Positions 62,068-64,000 of a stretch of DNA of 64,000 nt are shown here, in pieces (within the stretch, counting starts at the first letter, position 1; every line of letters begins with the position of its first letter). The translations under genes and the position numbers were made by a program. The notes beneath the pieces were generated by a model, which was not told the origin of the DNA, searched no databases, and saw only the letters and a list, made by a program, of their open reading frames with translations. Source of the DNA: Candidatus Moanibacter sp. (lineage in GTDB: Bacteria > Verrucomicrobiota > Verrucomicrobiia > Opitutales > UBA2987); the NCBI GenBank assembly GCA_965215885.1, contig CBDCEW010000098.1, positions 84,957 through 148,956 on the forward strand, given 5' to 3'.

Positions 62068-63381
62068 TTACCCTTCTTTGACGGTAACGGTAGACTTTTC
62101 GACAACATGATCAAGTGTCTTCTTCACCATTATCGACCGCCGGATCGCCATCATTCGATCGCTATCGTTCCCTATCTCCTTGACCAGATCCTGCGGATTC
62201 CTGCGGGTCGCTATCGCTTCCGTCATGATGAATCGCTGCATGTCCTCCTCTTCAACCTCAATCTTTTCCTCCTCGCCAATCCGGTGCAGCAGAATATTGA
62301 TTTTCACGCATTCAGCGGCCGCTCTTCGAGCCGATTCATATATTTCCTCTTTGTGACTTTCAAGATCCTCCTCCGACATACCCTGCTGTAGATTCCATCG
62401 AACGATATCGCTCATCACGGAATTTGTCTCATGTTCGAGAGCGCTCTCGGGTAGTGGAAATTCGATTCTCTCGCTTAGTGCCTCCGTAATCTGGCGTCTT
62501 TGCGAGCTGAGTCGTTCCTGTTCTTTTCTCGAGCGCAATTGGCTGCCTACCTGCTCTCGCAACTGCTCGATATCCTCAACCTGCATGCTCTTTAGAAACT
62601 CCTCATCGATATCGGGAAGAACGCGTTCTCTCACTTCGTGCATCTCCAGCGCATAGGTCGCCTTCTTACCTGCGAGTTCCGAAATCTCAAAGTCATCCGC
62701 AAATTCCATTTCGGATTCTTTCTTATCTCCCGCTTTCATTTCCACCGCGCCTTCCACAACCGCGGGAACCCCCGGCGAATCCGATTCACCGATTTCCTCC
62801 CATGTATTCTCCTGTTTACCCCAAATAGGTCGATCGGTTACGAGTTCAGAGATCGGTTTATCGCCTATTCTTCCTTCGTAGGAGATTTTCACGAAATCGC
62901 CCTTTTGGGCAGGCCGATCCACTTCATTGTATTGAGCACGCTGCATTCGAATCGCCGTGATCGCTTCCTCGGTCTCATCATCGTTGACATCGGTCGAGGG
63001 AACTTCCGTGGGTATTCCCACGTAATCGGGCAGATTGAACGCCGGATTTATATCGATCGTAAGCCCAAATTCCGAACCCTCGCCTGCCTTGAAATCATCC
63101 TTATCGATTGAAACGACGGCGTAGATATCCAGCTCCGACTCCTTTACAGCCTGTTCATAGGCCCTGGTCGTCAATTTGCGGTTCAATTCTTTCGCCAGGT
63201 CCTTGGCCAAGCGCTTGCGCACCAATTGTTTGGGAGCCTTGCCCGGCCTGAAACCGGGTATGCGTGCCTGTTGAGAGAACTCTTCGAGAAGCTGACTCTG
63301 TTCCTTATCAACCTCATCGGCCGAAACAGATACGACAAGCTTCTTTCGCGTTTCGCTGATCTCTTCGATGGTCAAGTTCAC
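62068..63381 (-). CDS. tig: Trigger factor
   Basis: IPGFRPGKAP signature; tig-clpP-clpX order. Confidence 0.95.
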   Translation of the reverse strand: MNLTIEEISETRKKLVVSVSADEVDKEQSQLLEEFSQQARIPGFRPGKAPKQLVRKRLAKDLAKELNRKLTTRAYEQAVKESELDIYAVVSIDKDDFKAGEGSEFGLTIDINPAFNLPDYVGIPTEVPSTDVNDDETEEAITAIRMQRAQYNEVDRPAQKGDFVKISYEGRIGDKPISELVTDRPIWGKQENTWEEIGESDSPGVPAVVEGAVEMKAGDKKESEMEFADDFEISELAGKKATYALEMHEVRERVLPDIDEEFLKSMQVEDIEQLREQVGSQLRSRKEQERLSSQRRQITEALSERIEFPLPESALEHETNSVMSDIVRWNLQQGMSEEDLESHKEEIYESARRAAAECVKINILLHRIGEEEKIEVEEEDMQRFIMTEAIATRRNPQDLVKEIGNDSDRMMAIRRSIMVKKTLDHVVEKSTVTVKEG

Positions 63382-63382
63382 T

Positions 63383-63499
63383 GCTAAGACGGTATCGGAA
63401 ATCCCCCGGCCTTGCGCCGGGGATTGTTAGGTTTTCAAGCTAAGACGGTATCGGAAATCCCCCGGCCTTGCGCCGGGGATTGTTAGGTTTTCGAGCTAA
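63383..63499. repeat. 56-bp tandem duplication, each unit containing an ATCCCCCGG..CCGGGGAT hairpin
   Basis: GCTAA recurs at 63383, 63439 and 63495; units differ by one base. Confidence 0.9.
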
Positions 63500-64000
63500 A
63501 AGTGGAAGTCTCTCTGCCAACGCCACCCCGGCATGAGGCCGGAGGAGCCGGCAACGCAAAGGATGACGGTAAACACATACTGCGGCAGGACTGCGGAGAG
63601 TCTTCATTTAATCAGGAGCTTGTCGGAGCGACGCTTGCGGGGTCAATCATGTAATGAAAATCGCACGTAATAAGGCCCGAGATAACTTCTGGCTTATTCG
63701 AAGTGGAGACGAATCTCGACCGACATTATTAACGTCATGCCTTCGGAATCGTCCCGCCCAGCGGGATTACGACGAGGCTTACGATGAAGGAAAGAAAGTT
63801 GCTCAGCGAGATTGCGACGAGGATTGAGCAGAGGTGACTCGAGCTCCTCCTCTGAGGATCCTTTTAGGCCGGATCACCCGAAAAGCAAACCTTGTCCCGA
63901 ACCTTGCCTGCCTCGGCACGACAGAGCGACGACGGGTCGAATCCACTACAGTCCTGGATCGCGACAAAAGATTAAACATCCCCACTCTCCCGTCGTGGCT

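Noticed and set aside
1..64000. Genome-wide reassignment of TAG as a sense codon
   Set aside because: Genes with conserved C-termini (DUF3127 DDVPF, MenB FPWLP) end exactly at TAG, so TAG is a normal stop
63500..64000. tRNA or ncRNA upstream of tig
   Set aside because: No cloverleaf with a correctly placed T-loop could be built; no recognisable ORF either

Overview
Bacterial chromosomal window (~53% GC by eye; protein style suggests Verrucomicrobiota/Opitutia, which is inference only). It is mostly housekeeping genes: topB, fbaA, menF-menD-menB, metG, rdgB, ribD, leuB-alaS, pspF/pspABC with a sigma-54 promoter, plsY-hom-lysC-thrC-cimA-glpK, hisA and tig-clpP-clpX. An accessory stretch at about 5-22 kb carries a SufR-like regulator opposite a Rieske fusion protein, an ECF sigma/anti-sigma/Spy-like trio, a C1 peptidase, an ankyrin lipoprotein, a 1090-aa beta-propeller protein and an MMPL transporter. 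The mobile-DNA load is heavy. Two complete IS elements break glpK and an M42 peptidase, there are IS4 and IS200 remnants, and several families of small non-autonomous inverted-repeat elements are present. Some of these sit exactly on TAG/CTAG stop codons, one is inserted in frame in a signal peptide, and one encodes the C-terminus of PspF. Best leads: (1) the SufR-like/Rieske module with twin palindromic operators; (2) the stop-codon-targeting and coding-sequence-invading miniature elements; (3) a 177-nt branched hairpin whose mismatches are mostly G-U compatible; (4) two genes each split by one in-frame TAG. No CRISPR array, rRNA or tRNA was found.
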